From an uncultured Ruficoccus sp. (GTDB taxonomy: Bacteria; Verrucomicrobiota; Verrucomicrobiia; Opitutales; Cerasicoccaceae): DNA of 64,000 bases. The translations under genes were made by a program, and so were the position numbers. Positions within the stretch are counted from its first letter, which is position 1, and the number at the start of each line of letters is the position of its first letter. A model generated the notes under the pieces. It worked only from the letters and a program-made list of their open reading frames with translations, did not search any database and was not told the DNA's origin. This document shows, one piece after another, positions 1-9,296 of the stretch. Where the stretch lies: positions 1 to 64,000 of the forward strand of contig OZ223514.1 of assembly GCA_965140785.1 (NCBI GenBank), given 5' to 3'.

Positions 1-568
1 CATCCACAGGCCGACGCCGAGCGCCAGCATGGCTGAGTGCACGAGCAGGAGCGGGACCAGCGCGATCCGCCAGGTAATGCCGAAGGTATCGCCCGCCTGG
101 GAGAAGAACTTGAACCCGGCATAGACGATGAGGAACAGCGCGAGCTGAATGGCAAAGGTGAAGATGGACGAAACCCCGACCGAGAATGGCACCACCAGGC
201 GCGGGAAGTAGATCTTCTGGAAGATGTGGGCGTTGGCCGTGAAAGTCGTGCTCGTGCCGGTGAGGGCCTGGGCGAAGAAGTTCCAGCCGAGCAGGCGCGC
301 AGAGGTAAAAGAGGATATGTGGCACCCCGTCGGAGGGGATCTGCGCAATGCGCCCGAAGATGACCGTGAAGACCAGTGTCATGATCAGCGGCTGGAGCAC
401 GAACCAGACGGGGCCGAGCACGCTCTGCTTGTAGCGGGCGACAAAATCCCGCCGCACCAGCAGCAGGAGCAGGTCGCGGTATTCCCAGATTTCCCGCCAG
501 TCGATGCGCAGCCAGCCCTGGGCTGGCTGGATGACGGTAACGGGGGGTGAGGGTTGGTTATTGGTCAT
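1..568 (-). CDS. wzm: Polysaccharide ABC transporter permease (Wzm/ABC-2 family), 3'-truncated by window edge, with a 1-bp frameshift at ~294-295
   Basis: Manual translation from ATG 568: MTNNQPSPPVTVIQPAQGWLRIDWREIWEYRDLLLLLVRRDFVARYKQSVLGPVWFVLQPL...ILFYLCA. After removing one base it continues LLGWNFFAQAL...NAHIFQKIYFPRLVVP, typical Wzm motifs. Not in the ORF track. Confidence 0.85.
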   Translation of the reverse strand, partial: MTNNQPSPPVTVIQPAQGWLRIDWREIWEYRDLLLLLVRRDFVARYKQSVLGPVWFVLQPLIMTLVFTVIFGRIAQIPSDGVPHILFYLCAPARLELLRPGPHRHEHDFHGQRPHLPEDLLPAPGGAILGRGFVHLHLCHSARAVPHRLCRVQVLLPGGRYLRHYLADRAGPAPARALSHAGARRRPVD

Positions 569-718
569 GGGTCAATTGTCATTGGAGGAGGGAGGGGGCG
601 ATGACAGGGCTGGTAGCTCGGAGAAGGGGCGAAGGTGAATAGATGATGACGGAGAGCGAGGAACCCGGTAACGGTTAACTGCATAACGATAAACGGAGCA
701 ACCCTCTACCGTTTTTGC

Positions 719-737
719 CACGCTGCCGCCCTTGGCC
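719..737 (-). promoter_or_regulatory. ops/JUMPstart-like RfaH recruitment site
   Basis: Minus strand reads GGCCAAGGGCGGCAGCGTG, versus enterobacterial ops GGCGGTAGCGTG (11/12 match). Lies between the RfaH-like gene and wzm on the transcribed strand. Confidence 0.65.
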
Positions 738-814
738 GGATACCGGGTGGTAAAGCCAATCGGGGAGGTGGTGTTTGCGGTTATGGTTTTCAGAAGGTTG
801 GAAACCTTCGGCGA

Positions 815-1348
815 TTATGCGCGAAGCGGATGGCCGTAGTGGCGCTCCACTTCGTTGAGGGAAAGTTCGATCTCGCTGCTGCGACCGAGGATGTCGAGCA
901 GCAGGCGGACGCGTTCGGCGCCGGGGAGCAGTTGCACCACGTCGGCCGAATTGCCTTTGAACACCCCGGCGATGATGCGGATGTTTTCGCCGGTTTGAAC
1001 GGGCTGAAGCGGCAGCTCCAGGATGTTGGCCGGAGCCAGGGCTGTGATTTCACCAATGATGGCTGCGGGGACGGGGATCAGGTCGGCGCCCTGGCGCACG
1101 ACGTAGGCGACGCCGCGGGCGTAGCCGACGGCCTTGAGGTGATGGAGGGGCCGGAAGCGGGCGAAGAGATAATTGGGGAAGAGCGGCTCCTGGGCGGTGC
1201 GTTTGCCGCGGGGACCCTGCCGCTGGTAGCGCACCTGGGGAAAAAGGACATCGACGCCGGGGAGCGTGCTCAGGCTCATGGCGGCTGTGCGTTCCCGCTT
1301 AGGTTGGGTCTTCAGGCAGTACCAGGCCGGTTGGTCGGAGAAAGTCAT
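815..1348 (-). CDS. NusG-paralogue antiterminator (RfaH/UpxY-like, NGN + KOW)
   Basis: WYCLKTQPKRE, EPLFPNYLF, and KOW-like GENIRIIAGVFKG...RVRLLLDILGR; upstream of polysaccharide export gene. Confidence 0.9.
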   Translation of the reverse strand: MTFSDQPAWYCLKTQPKRERTAAMSLSTLPGVDVLFPQVRYQRQGPRGKRTAQEPLFPNYLFARFRPLHHLKAVGYARGVAYVVRQGADLIPVPAAIIGEITALAPANILELPLQPVQTGENIRIIAGVFKGNSADVVQLLPGAERVRLLLDILGRSSEIELSLNEVERHYGHPLRA

Positions 1349-1860
1349 ACCTGGACAAGGGTGTTGAGCAGCGGCAGCAGGCGGCTGGCGTTGTCGTGCC
1401 AGCGGCTGAGTTTCTCCACCCGCTGGCGCAGGTGGGCGCGTCGGGGAGAGTCGGGTTCGTCCTGGAGGCGGTTTTGCAGGCGTTGGAGGCGCTGCTGGCC
1501 GGCATCGAGCCTGGGCTGGAGCCGTTCGCGCAGGGCGTTACCGAGCAACTGGCGCAGCTCGACCTCGGGCTCGTAGTAGTCGCGGCGCTGGTCAGACTTG
1601 TGGACGATGCGTACGGCGTGGAAGGCCCGGAGCTGCTTCAGGCCCTGGCTGGCGGAGCCGAGGCTGATGTGCAGGCGCTTCATGATGTCATCCATACAGA
1701 GGGCTTCGGTGGAGACATAGAGCAGTCCGTAGATTTCCCCCAGGGACTTGGGCAAGCCGAGGGTCTGGACCGCCCCGGCCATCAGGGCGATGATCTCCTG
1801 CTCGGGTTGGCCGAGGTCCGTATCCGGGGTACCGGTGTCCATTTGTGTTTCCATCGGCAC
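1345..1860 (-). CDS. GbsR/MarR-family transcriptional regulator
   Basis: LGLPKSLGEIYGLLYVS...MDDIMKRLHISLGSASQGLKQL...RRDYY winged-helix pattern; stop overlaps the start of the antiterminator gene; exact start (1860/1854/1842) uncertain. Confidence 0.85.
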   Translation of the reverse strand: MPMETQMDTGTPDTDLGQPEQEIIALMAGAVQTLGLPKSLGEIYGLLYVSTEALCMDDIMKRLHISLGSASQGLKQLRAFHAVRIVHKSDQRRDYYEPEVELRQLLGNALRERLQPRLDAGQQRLQRLQNRLQDEPDSPRRAHLRQRVEKLSRWHDNASRLLPLLNTLVQV

Positions 1861-1883
1861 GGTGAGAGAGGGATTTAGCCTAT

Positions 1884-1899
1884 TTCAATAATATTTGAA
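1884..1899. promoter_or_regulatory. Putative operator palindrome TTCAA-N6-TTGAA
   Basis: AT-rich inverted repeat ttcaataatatttgaa just upstream of the GbsR-like gene in a divergent promoter region. Confidence 0.45.
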
Positions 1900-2134
1900 G
1901 TAATGGAAGGCGCAGGGGGTGGCAACCCTGAAAACGTTGGGGCCAAAAGGGTTTGGGCGCGGGGATTTTGCGGGAAAAGATTTGCCACGACATGGCCGGG
2001 CCTATTTGACGGTATAAAGCAAGCACCCCTGATTTCCCCTGCTAACGATGAAGTGTTGATGCCTGACGTCCCCGGTTCGGAATGAGATTAAACAGCATCC
2101 AAACGTGCCGATGAGTATGGGAAGTAAGTAACGT

Positions 2135-3541
2135 ATGCTCGACAGTCGCTTTAAAGGACTCCTGGCCCTGCACGGATGTGTCATCGTGCTGGTGTTGCCG
2201 CTGCTCTTCTTTGTGCTGGCCTCGCTCGGGGTGGAAGTCACCGGCCGGCTCCAGTATAACCTGATCAACTGGCCGCTGTACATAATGGGGTTGGTCGCCT
2301 CGGGGGCGATTTTCTTCAATTTTTACTCCCTGCTGGGGCCGACTATCGCCGAGCAGGACCGGGCGCGGGTTTTTCAGGTCACGAACCTGCAAATCTTCAT
2401 CCTGGTGCTGATCCTGTTCACGATCATTTTCGCCACCAAGGACCAAGCCATCTCCCGTGTCTTTATCGGGACGTATCTGGTGTGCGCGTACGCCATCCTC
2501 TTCAGCCTGAATATGTTCCTGCCCGAGTGGCTTTCCCGCTACGTGTTGGGGGGGAAGAACATCCGGGTCTGTCTGGTGGTGGGGACGACGGCCTCGTGCT
2601 CGCGCATTTCCGGGTGGCTGCAGAGCAAGCAGTCGCTCGGGCTCAATGTCATCGGCCTGCTCAACTACTTCGAGGAGGAGCCGAAGGAGACCGGCATTCC
2701 CTTGCTGGGCGATGTCTCGCTACTGCGGGAAACCATTCGCAGGGAGGGGGTTAACCAGATCATCCTGCTGGAGACGCGCCACTCCAAGGAGTGGGTGAAG
2801 GAGATTCTCGATGCGGCCGAGGAGGAGGGCTGCCAGATCCTGATTTTCAATCCCTGGGCTGAGTACTTCGACTACCCGTTGATCAGCGTCAAGGACGGGC
2901 CGCACACGTTCTTCACCCTGCGGGAAGAGCCGCTGGAGAGCCCGCTCAATCGCCTGCTCAAGCGCCTGCTCGATCTGTCTGTGGCCGTGCCGGTGGTTTT
3001 TGTCATTCTGCCGGTGATGGTCCCGGTGGTGTGGTTTTACTTGCGCCGTCAGTCGCCGGGGCCGGTCTTTTTCAAGCAAATCCGGCGCGGATACAACCGC
3101 CGGGAGTTCGTGCTCTACAAATTCCGCACCATGCACGTGCGGCGCAAGGGCGACGAGGCCCGGCAGGCCACCCGGCACGATCCGCGTGTCTTTCCCTTCG
3201 GCGAATTCATGCGGCGCACGAGCATCGACGAGCTACCGCAGTTCATCAATGTGCTCAAGGGTGAGATGAGCGTGGTCGGGCCGCGTCCGCACCTGCCCGA
3301 GCACGACCGGATCTTCAGCCAGGACGTAAAAATTTACCCCCAGCGGCATTTCGTGAAGCCCGGCCTGACCGGTCTGGCCCAGTGCAAGGGCTTCCGGGGC
3401 GAGATCACGGACGTGGAATTGCTGCGTCAACGGGTCCACTACGACCTGGAGTATATCAACGAATGGTCCTTATGGATGGACCTGGAAATTATGCTGCGCA
3501 CCGTGCGAATGGTCATTCATCCGCCCAGTTCGGCCTATTGA
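2135..3541 (+). CDS. Polyprenyl-phosphate glycosyl-1-phosphate transferase (WcaJ-like priming glycosyltransferase)
   Basis: N-terminal TM helices, then KRLLDL, KFRTM, RRTSIDELPQFINVLKGEMSVVGPRP, VKPGLTGLAQ, DLEYINEWSLWMDLEI. Confidence 0.93.
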   Translation: MLDSRFKGLLALHGCVIVLVLPLLFFVLASLGVEVTGRLQYNLINWPLYIMGLVASGAIFFNFYSLLGPTIAEQDRARVFQVTNLQIFILVLILFTIIFATKDQAISRVFIGTYLVCAYAILFSLNMFLPEWLSRYVLGGKNIRVCLVVGTTASCSRISGWLQSKQSLGLNVIGLLNYFEEEPKETGIPLLGDVSLLRETIRREGVNQIILLETRHSKEWVKEILDAAEEEGCQILIFNPWAEYFDYPLISVKDGPHTFFTLREEPLESPLNRLLKRLLDLSVAVPVVFVILPVMVPVVWFYLRRQSPGPVFFKQIRRGYNRREFVLYKFRTMHVRRKGDEARQATRHDPRVFPFGEFMRRTSIDELPQFINVLKGEMSVVGPRPHLPEHDRIFSQDVKIYPQRHFVKPGLTGLAQCKGFRGEITDVELLRQRVHYDLEYINEWSLWMDLEIMLRTVRMVIHPPSSAY

Positions 3542-3648
3542 CCGGCATTTGCCCCCCTCAAAAAAACGCTTGAAACGGGGGTGGGGACACGTCTTTATCG
3601 AAGCCAATCCCGCCGGGACGACCTTTTAACCATCAAACCTCCCTCACC

Positions 3649-3984
3649 GTGGAAATTACCCAGGAAAAACAGGACTCCATTAATATTCTCAGCCTTCAGG
3701 GCCGTCTCGATGTCAGCACTTCCGGTTCGCTGGACGAAAAGCTGACCGCTCTGGTCGAAGCCGGCGAAGCCAAGGTCTTGGTGGATTGCCGCGAGTTGGA
3801 CTACATCAGCAGTGCGGGTTTGCGCGTTCTGCTCTCCGCCGCCAAGCAGTTCAAGAAGCAGGAAGGCTCCATCGCCCTCTCGACGCTCAACCCGAACGTC
3901 AAGCAGGTCTTTGAAATCTCTGGCTTCACCAGCATCTTCCCGATCTACGCGACCCGCGAGGAAGCCCTCCAGGCTCTCTCCTAA
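3649..3984 (+). CDS. STAS-domain anti-sigma factor antagonist (RsbV/SpoIIAA-like)
   Basis: LQGRLD...LDYISSAGLRVLL (phosphorylatable Ser motif)...VFEISGF. Confidence 0.93.
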   Translation: MEITQEKQDSINILSLQGRLDVSTSGSLDEKLTALVEAGEAKVLVDCRELDYISSAGLRVLLSAAKQFKKQEGSIALSTLNPNVKQVFEISGFTSIFPIYATREEALQALS

Positions 3985-4019
3985 TCCGCCGGTCCGGGAT
4001 TGGCTGATCCCTTTAATCG

Positions 4020-4047
4020 AAGCGGCGTGAGCAACGCCGCTTTTTTT
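4020..4047 (+). terminator. Intrinsic terminator after STAS gene
   Basis: aagcggcgt-gagca-acgccgctt followed by T-run. Confidence 0.75.
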
Positions 4048-4140
4048 ATCCGCTCACGTCCCCTGGCCGCTGTTGGCGCACGGCGTGAACTCCCGTCTTG
4101 CCAAACAGGCCGGGGCGAAGATAAGTAAGTCTCTGTTGCG

Positions 4141-6369
4141 ATGAAACTTAAGCTCCGGCACAAAGTCACCGGTCTGGCGCTGTTTTCGGCCTTGTTGCCG
4201 GCGGTAGTGCTGGCGCTGCTCATATTTATTCAGGAGCGCAAGAGCACGCGGATCATCGATGCCCAGCTCGACGCCATGGTGGCGGAGAACCTGGACCAGA
4301 CCACCCGCGACATTTATAACCTCTGCCAGAGCGCCAACGATCTGGTACAGCTCCAGGTGGACGGGGCGCTCGGCGTGGCGGACCATACGGTGGAGGAGGA
4401 GGGCGGCCTGCGCCTCGGCGCCAAACTGGTGAGCTGGAACGCGATTAACCAGTTCTCCGAAGAAAAACGCCCGGTCGATCTGCCCGAGATGCTGATCGGC
4501 AAGGAGTGGCTGGGGCAGAATCCGGACGCGTCCGAGCCGACTCCGGTGGTGGACGATGTGCGCGAGATGGTTGGCGGGACGGCCACCATCTTTCAGCGCA
4601 TGAACGACGACGGCGATATGCTGCGCGTGGCCACAAATGTCCTCACCAGCGAGGGCGACCGGGCCATCGGCACCTACATTCCGGCGGTCAATCCCGACGG
4701 CTCGCCCAACCCGGTCATTTCCACCGTCATGCGGGGCGAGACCTTCCGCGGTAACGCCTACGTGGTCAACAACTGGTACCTGGCTGCGTATGAACCGGTT
4801 TACGGCCCCAACGAGACCATCATCGGTATGCTCTATGTCGGCGTTAAACGCGAGAGCGTGGACAGCCTGCGCCGGGCCATGGCCGCGGTCGAGGTGGGCG
4901 ACACCGGGTACGCCTGGATCATGCCCGGTCAGGACAGGATGAACCGCGGGCGCTACGAATTTTTCCGTGACGGGGCGAGCGAGCTTCAGGATATCTCGCG
5001 CGTGCGCGACGTGGATGGTCGCGACTATATTGAAGACATCCGCAAGGAGGCTATCCGGCTCCAGCCCGCCGAGGTGGCGACGATGGATGTGGCTTGGCAG
5101 GACGCTTCCGGCAATGTCCGGCACAAGGAGATTCATTACGCTTATTTCAAGCCCTGGGATTGGGTGGTCGGGGTGACGGCCTTCGAGGAGGAGTTTGCCA
5201 AGCCGCACGAGGAGGTCGCCCACGCGTTTACAGCGATTTTGCGCTATACGGTTTACGGGGCCGTCGGCACGCTCATCATCGTAGGCCTGCTGGCCACCGT
5301 CCTGGGAGGCTGGATCGCCCGCCCCATCACTTACCTGACGAACATCGCCGAGCTGGTGGCCGAGGGCCGCCTGGGCGAAGCCGGGGAAAAAATGGAGGAG
5401 TGCTGCGTCTCCCAGAACGGTAGCAATCACCAACTGGTGCGTCAGGAAGATGAGACCGGCCAGCTTTTCCGGGCCATCCTCAAGATGATCCGCAACCTCA
5501 ACGGCCTCATCGGACGGGTCAAGGACTCCAGCCGCCAACTCGCCGGAGCGGCCACCGAGATGACCAACACGGCCCGGGCACAGGAAGGCACGGTGCAGGA
5601 CTTCGGCTCATCCTCCAGCGAGATTGCCGCCGCCGTGAAGCAGATTTCCAGTACTTCGCAAGAGCTTTCCCAGACCATGAACAAGGTCTCCGAAAGCGCC
5701 CGCGAGACCACTGACACCGCCAGCGCGGGCCGCTCCCATCTCGACGGGATGCGCCAGGGGTCGGAGGGGCTGGAGACGGCTACCCGGTCCATCACCGGCA
5801 AGCTCTCCGTCATCGCCGAGCGGGCGCAGAACATCAACGCGGTGGTTACGACCATCGCCAAGGTGGCCGACCAGACCAACCTGCTCTCGCTCAACGCCGC
5901 CATCGAGGCCGAAAAGGCCGGGGAATACGGCCTGGGCTTCGCCGTGGTGGCCCGCGAAATCCGCCGCCTGGCCGACCAGACCGCGGTCGCCACCCAGGAC
6001 ATCGAGCAGATGGTGAAGGAGATGCAGTCTTCCGTCTCCGCCGGGGTGATGGAGATGGACAAATTTAACGAGGCGGTCCGTGCCGGGATCGACAACACCG
6101 CCCAGCTCAGCAGCCAGATGGAGGCGATTATCGAGCAGGTAGAAGCTGTCACACCGCGTTTCGATAGCGTGCGCGAGGGGATGTCCTCACAGGCGGTGGG
6201 CGCCTCGCAGATTTCCGAGGCGGTGGCCAATCTCAACTTGGCCGCCCACCAGACATCGGCTTCGCTGGAGGGCTTTAAGAGCGCGACCGACAAGCTCAAC
6301 CGCGCCGTCCAGGCCATGCAGGACGGGATCTCCCGCTTCCGCATGGAGGCCGAGGAGGAGGACAAGTAA
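4141..6369 (+). CDS. Methyl-accepting chemotaxis protein, WspA-type signalling domain, Cache-type sensor
   Basis: TM-periplasmic (GGTATIFQR...RAIGT...WYLAAYEP, Cache_3/Cache_2-like)-TM-HAMP-MA. Tip [41 protein letters not shown]...[10 protein letters not shown] matches WspA-type receptors. Confidence 0.93.
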   Translation: MKLKLRHKVTGLALFSALLPAVVLALLIFIQERKSTRIIDAQLDAMVAENLDQTTRDIYNLCQSANDLVQLQVDGALGVADHTVEEEGGLRLGAKLVSWNAINQFSEEKRPVDLPEMLIGKEWLGQNPDASEPTPVVDDVREMVGGTATIFQRMNDDGDMLRVATNVLTSEGDRAIGTYIPAVNPDGSPNPVISTVMRGETFRGNAYVVNNWYLAAYEPVYGPNETIIGMLYVGVKRESVDSLRRAMAAVEVGDTGYAWIMPGQDRMNRGRYEFFRDGASELQDISRVRDVDGRDYIEDIRKEAIRLQPAEVATMDVAWQDASGNVRHKEIHYAYFKPWDWVVGVTAFEEEFAKPHEEVAHAFTAILRYTVYGAVGTLIIVGLLATVLGGWIARPITYLTNIAELVAEGRLGEAGEKMEECCVSQNGSNHQLVRQEDETGQLFRAILKMIRNLNGLIGRVKDSSRQLAGAATEMTNTARAQEGTVQDFGSSSSEIAAAVKQISSTSQELSQTMNKVSESARETTDTASAGRSHLDGMRQGSEGLETATRSITGKLSVIAERAQNINAVVTTIAKVADQTNLLSLNAAIEAEKAGEYGLGFAVVAREIRRLADQTAVATQDIEQMVKEMQSSVSAGVMEMDKFNEAVRAGIDNTAQLSSQMEAIIEQVEAVTPRFDSVREGMSSQAVGASQISEAVANLNLAAHQTSASLEGFKSATDKLNRAVQAMQDGISRFRMEAEEEDK

Positions 6370-8573
6370 TGAAGATGCGCTCGAAAATCATGCTGACCAT
6401 GGTGCTGCCGGTGCTGGTGATCATGCTGGCGCTGGCCGCGTTCAACATGGCGCATGTGCACGACGACATGATTGAGGGCCAGAAGAAACTCATCGCCGAG
6501 GAGCTTCAGAAGGCCGCGCTGGAAATTGAAAAGGGCAACAGCGAAACGATTTCGGTCGTGCGCTCGCTGGCCCTGGCGCAGGAGAACGGCCTTTTCGGCA
6601 AGCGGGAGGAAACGATCGACCTGATGCGTGGCGTGCTCAACACCTTTCCCGAGTTCATCGGGGCTGGTTGCGGCTACGAGCCCGACGCCGACGGCCAGGA
6701 TGCCAAGTACGTGGCGAAGTTCAAGGACGGGGCCACCTACGTGAACGCCGACGGGCGCTTCCTGCCGTACTGGTTCCGCGATCCCCAGAGCAACGGCGCC
6801 TACACCCTGGAGCCGCTGGTCAACATGGACACCGCCCTCTACTACGCCGGGGTGAAGGAGAAGTACATCCGCGGCGACACCGAAACCTTTCTGATCACCG
6901 AACCGTACGTGTACAACGAGGCCAACCTCATCGTGGAACAGATCGCGCCGATCATCATCGACGGGCGCTTCCGGGGGATGGTCGGTATCGACCGCGGGCT
7001 GGATTTCCTCGACGAGTTTATCAACGAGCTCAAGCCCTATGACTCGGCGGAGTTCTTCCTCATCAGTAGCCGGGGCCGGATCGTCGCCACCACCTACGGG
7101 GCCGAGCTGCGCACCGCTCCCATCGACCAGTTGTTCGTGCAGACCGATCCGAATGGGCCGGGCCGTATCCTCGCAGGTGTCTTCACCTTCGACGAGTCCA
7201 GCGGGATGCTCCAGTTCGACGAGGCCAAGGCGGAGCGCCTGCTGGGAGACGACATCAGCAATACCTACCGTGATCTTTTCCAGCGCTTCTCTCTCTCGCG
7301 CAACAACACCGATGTGGTCGAGATCGACGACCCCTTGCACGGGGAGCACTCTTTTATTGCCAGCGCCTACATCCCGACCGGGGGCTGGCGGCTGATCATG
7401 TCCGTCAGCCGGAGCGAGATCATGGCTCCCACTCGTGAGGCCGCCGCCCTGACCTTTGCCATGGTCGGGGTGACCATCCTGCTGATCATTCTCATCATCT
7501 GGTTCTTCGCCAACTCCTTCTCACGCCGCATCTCGGTGGCCAACAACTTGGCCCAGCGCGTGGCCAAGGGCGACCTGACGGCGGATGTCGAAGTCGATAC
7601 GAAGGACGAGTCTGGCCAGCTCCTGCAGGCGATCAAGGACATGGTCGCCAGCCTGAACGGCCTGCTCCTGCAGGTTAAAAGCGCGACCATCCAGCTCGTT
7701 TCCACCGCCACCCGCATCACCGGCACGGCCAAGTCGCAGGAAGCGACCATCCAGGACTTTGGCGCCTCGACCACGCAGATCGCCGCCGCCGTGAGCGAGA
7801 TCAGCGCGACCTCGCGCGAGTTGCTCAACACCATGGACAGCGTCTCGCACAACTCCACCGAGACCGCCGGGATGGCCGAGACCGGTCGCCAGCAACTGGC
7901 CGCCATGGCCGAGGCCATGAGCCACCTGGACGACGCCACGCAATCGATTTCCGATAAGCTGGCCGCCATTTCCGACAAGGCGAGTAATATCACCCGCATC
8001 GTCACCGCGATCAACAAGGTCTCCGAACAGACGAACCTGCTCTCGCTCAACGCCGCCATCGAGGCGGAGAAGGCGGGCGAGTTCGGGCTGGGCTTCGCCG
8101 TCGTGGCCCGCGAAATCCGCCGCCTGGCCAGCCAGACGGCCAAGGCCACGGTGGACATCGACCAGATGGTGAAGGAGATGCAGTCCGCCGTTTCCGCCGG
8201 GGTGATGGAGATGGACAAGTTCTCCGAGGGCGTGCGCTCCGGGGTGGGCGAGATTGACGACCTGAGCACCCAGCTCGACGGGATCATCAGCCGCGTGCAG
8301 GAGCTTTCGCCGCGCTTCGCTGAAGTCCGCGAGGGCATGCAGTCGCAGACCCAGGGCGCGGCCCAGATAAGCGACGCGATGACGAACCTCAAGGAGGGCG
8401 CGCAGCGCAGCGCGGACTCGCTGGTCGAGTTCGACAAGGCGACCCAGGCGCTCCACACGGCCGTCAACAACCTGCGTCGCGAGGTCTCCCGCTTCAAGGT
8501 GGCCGAGCGCAACACTACCGGTATGACGAACATGCCTTTCCCCATGCGCCCGAAGAAACCCTCCGGGGACTGA
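6369..8573 (+). CDS. Second WspA-type chemoreceptor with dCache_1-like sensor
   Basis: YEPDADG...GRFLPYWFR...ITEPYVY periplasmic domain; HAMP; same [12 protein letters not shown]...[10 protein letters not shown] tip; start overlaps the previous stop. Confidence 0.93.
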   Translation: MKMRSKIMLTMVLPVLVIMLALAAFNMAHVHDDMIEGQKKLIAEELQKAALEIEKGNSETISVVRSLALAQENGLFGKREETIDLMRGVLNTFPEFIGAGCGYEPDADGQDAKYVAKFKDGATYVNADGRFLPYWFRDPQSNGAYTLEPLVNMDTALYYAGVKEKYIRGDTETFLITEPYVYNEANLIVEQIAPIIIDGRFRGMVGIDRGLDFLDEFINELKPYDSAEFFLISSRGRIVATTYGAELRTAPIDQLFVQTDPNGPGRILAGVFTFDESSGMLQFDEAKAERLLGDDISNTYRDLFQRFSLSRNNTDVVEIDDPLHGEHSFIASAYIPTGGWRLIMSVSRSEIMAPTREAAALTFAMVGVTILLIILIIWFFANSFSRRISVANNLAQRVAKGDLTADVEVDTKDESGQLLQAIKDMVASLNGLLLQVKSATIQLVSTATRITGTAKSQEATIQDFGASTTQIAAAVSEISATSRELLNTMDSVSHNSTETAGMAETGRQQLAAMAEAMSHLDDATQSISDKLAAISDKASNITRIVTAINKVSEQTNLLSLNAAIEAEKAGEFGLGFAVVAREIRRLASQTAKATVDIDQMVKEMQSAVSAGVMEMDKFSEGVRSGVGEIDDLSTQLDGIISRVQELSPRFAEVREGMQSQTQGAAQISDAMTNLKEGAQRSADSLVEFDKATQALHTAVNNLRREVSRFKVAERNTTGMTNMPFPMRPKKPSGD

Positions 8574-8584
8574 GAAAAGGGATA

Positions 8585-8755
8585 TTAACCACAAAGACGC
8601 AAAGGCACAAAGGAAGAGAGATTTTTGAACTCCGCTCGCACTCATTCAGGCGTACTTGAAAAATTCATGGCTACGAATCATAGAGAACAGCCCGACGGGT
8701 ATGTGAGGGATAACTTTGCGAGTCTTCCTTTGTGGCTCTGTGCCTTTGGGGTTAA
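8585..8755. repeat. Inverted pair of 8-bp-period tandem repeats bounded by TTAA
   Basis: Left ttaac-cacaaaga-cgcaaagg-cacaaagg; right ctttgtgg-ctctgtgc-ctttgggg-ttaa (reverse complement of left). Confidence 0.75.
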
Positions 8756-8834
8756 AAATCGAGCGTTACAGCAGGAAAAAAACGGGAATGACCCGATGGG
8801 TACTGGTCTTGAACAGGCTATCTTCTGATCGACC

Positions 8835-9296
8835 ATGCTGATCATTTTGTTCAAACTCGGACAGCGGCGCTACGGATTAGATTCGCAGCGGGTGGTGGAG
8901 ATTGTCCCGGCCATGCCGGTGCGCGAGGTGCCCGGCACACCCCCGGCGGTGAAGGGCATTTTCGAATACCGGGGCAAGATCCTGCCGGTGATCGATCTTT
9001 GCCAGTTGACGTTGGGGTGCCCGGCGGAGGTTTTTCTGAGCACGCGTTATATTGTGGTTGAGGCCGACTCGGAGAAGGGTCACCTGATGGCTCTGCTGGC
9101 CGAAAAGGTGACTGATACTCTCACCGTGGCCGATGACGCCTGGCTCGACCCGGGGCTGCGCCCGCCGGATGCGCCCCACCTCGGGCGTCTGGTCAGGGAC
9201 GAGCGTGGCGAGTTGGTGCAGTGCGTGGAGGTGGAGGAACTGATCACGCCGGACATCCGCGCCCTCCTCAAGCAGCGGCAGGAGGCCCCGGCATGA
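8835..9296 (+). CDS. CheW-like adaptor (WspB-like)
   Basis: RYGLDSQRVVEIVP...VKGIFEYRGKILPVIDL. Confidence 0.9.
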   Translation: MLIILFKLGQRRYGLDSQRVVEIVPAMPVREVPGTPPAVKGIFEYRGKILPVIDLCQLTLGCPAEVFLSTRYIVVEADSEKGHLMALLAEKVTDTLTVADDAWLDPGLRPPDAPHLGRLVRDERGELVQCVEVEELITPDIRALLKQRQEAPA

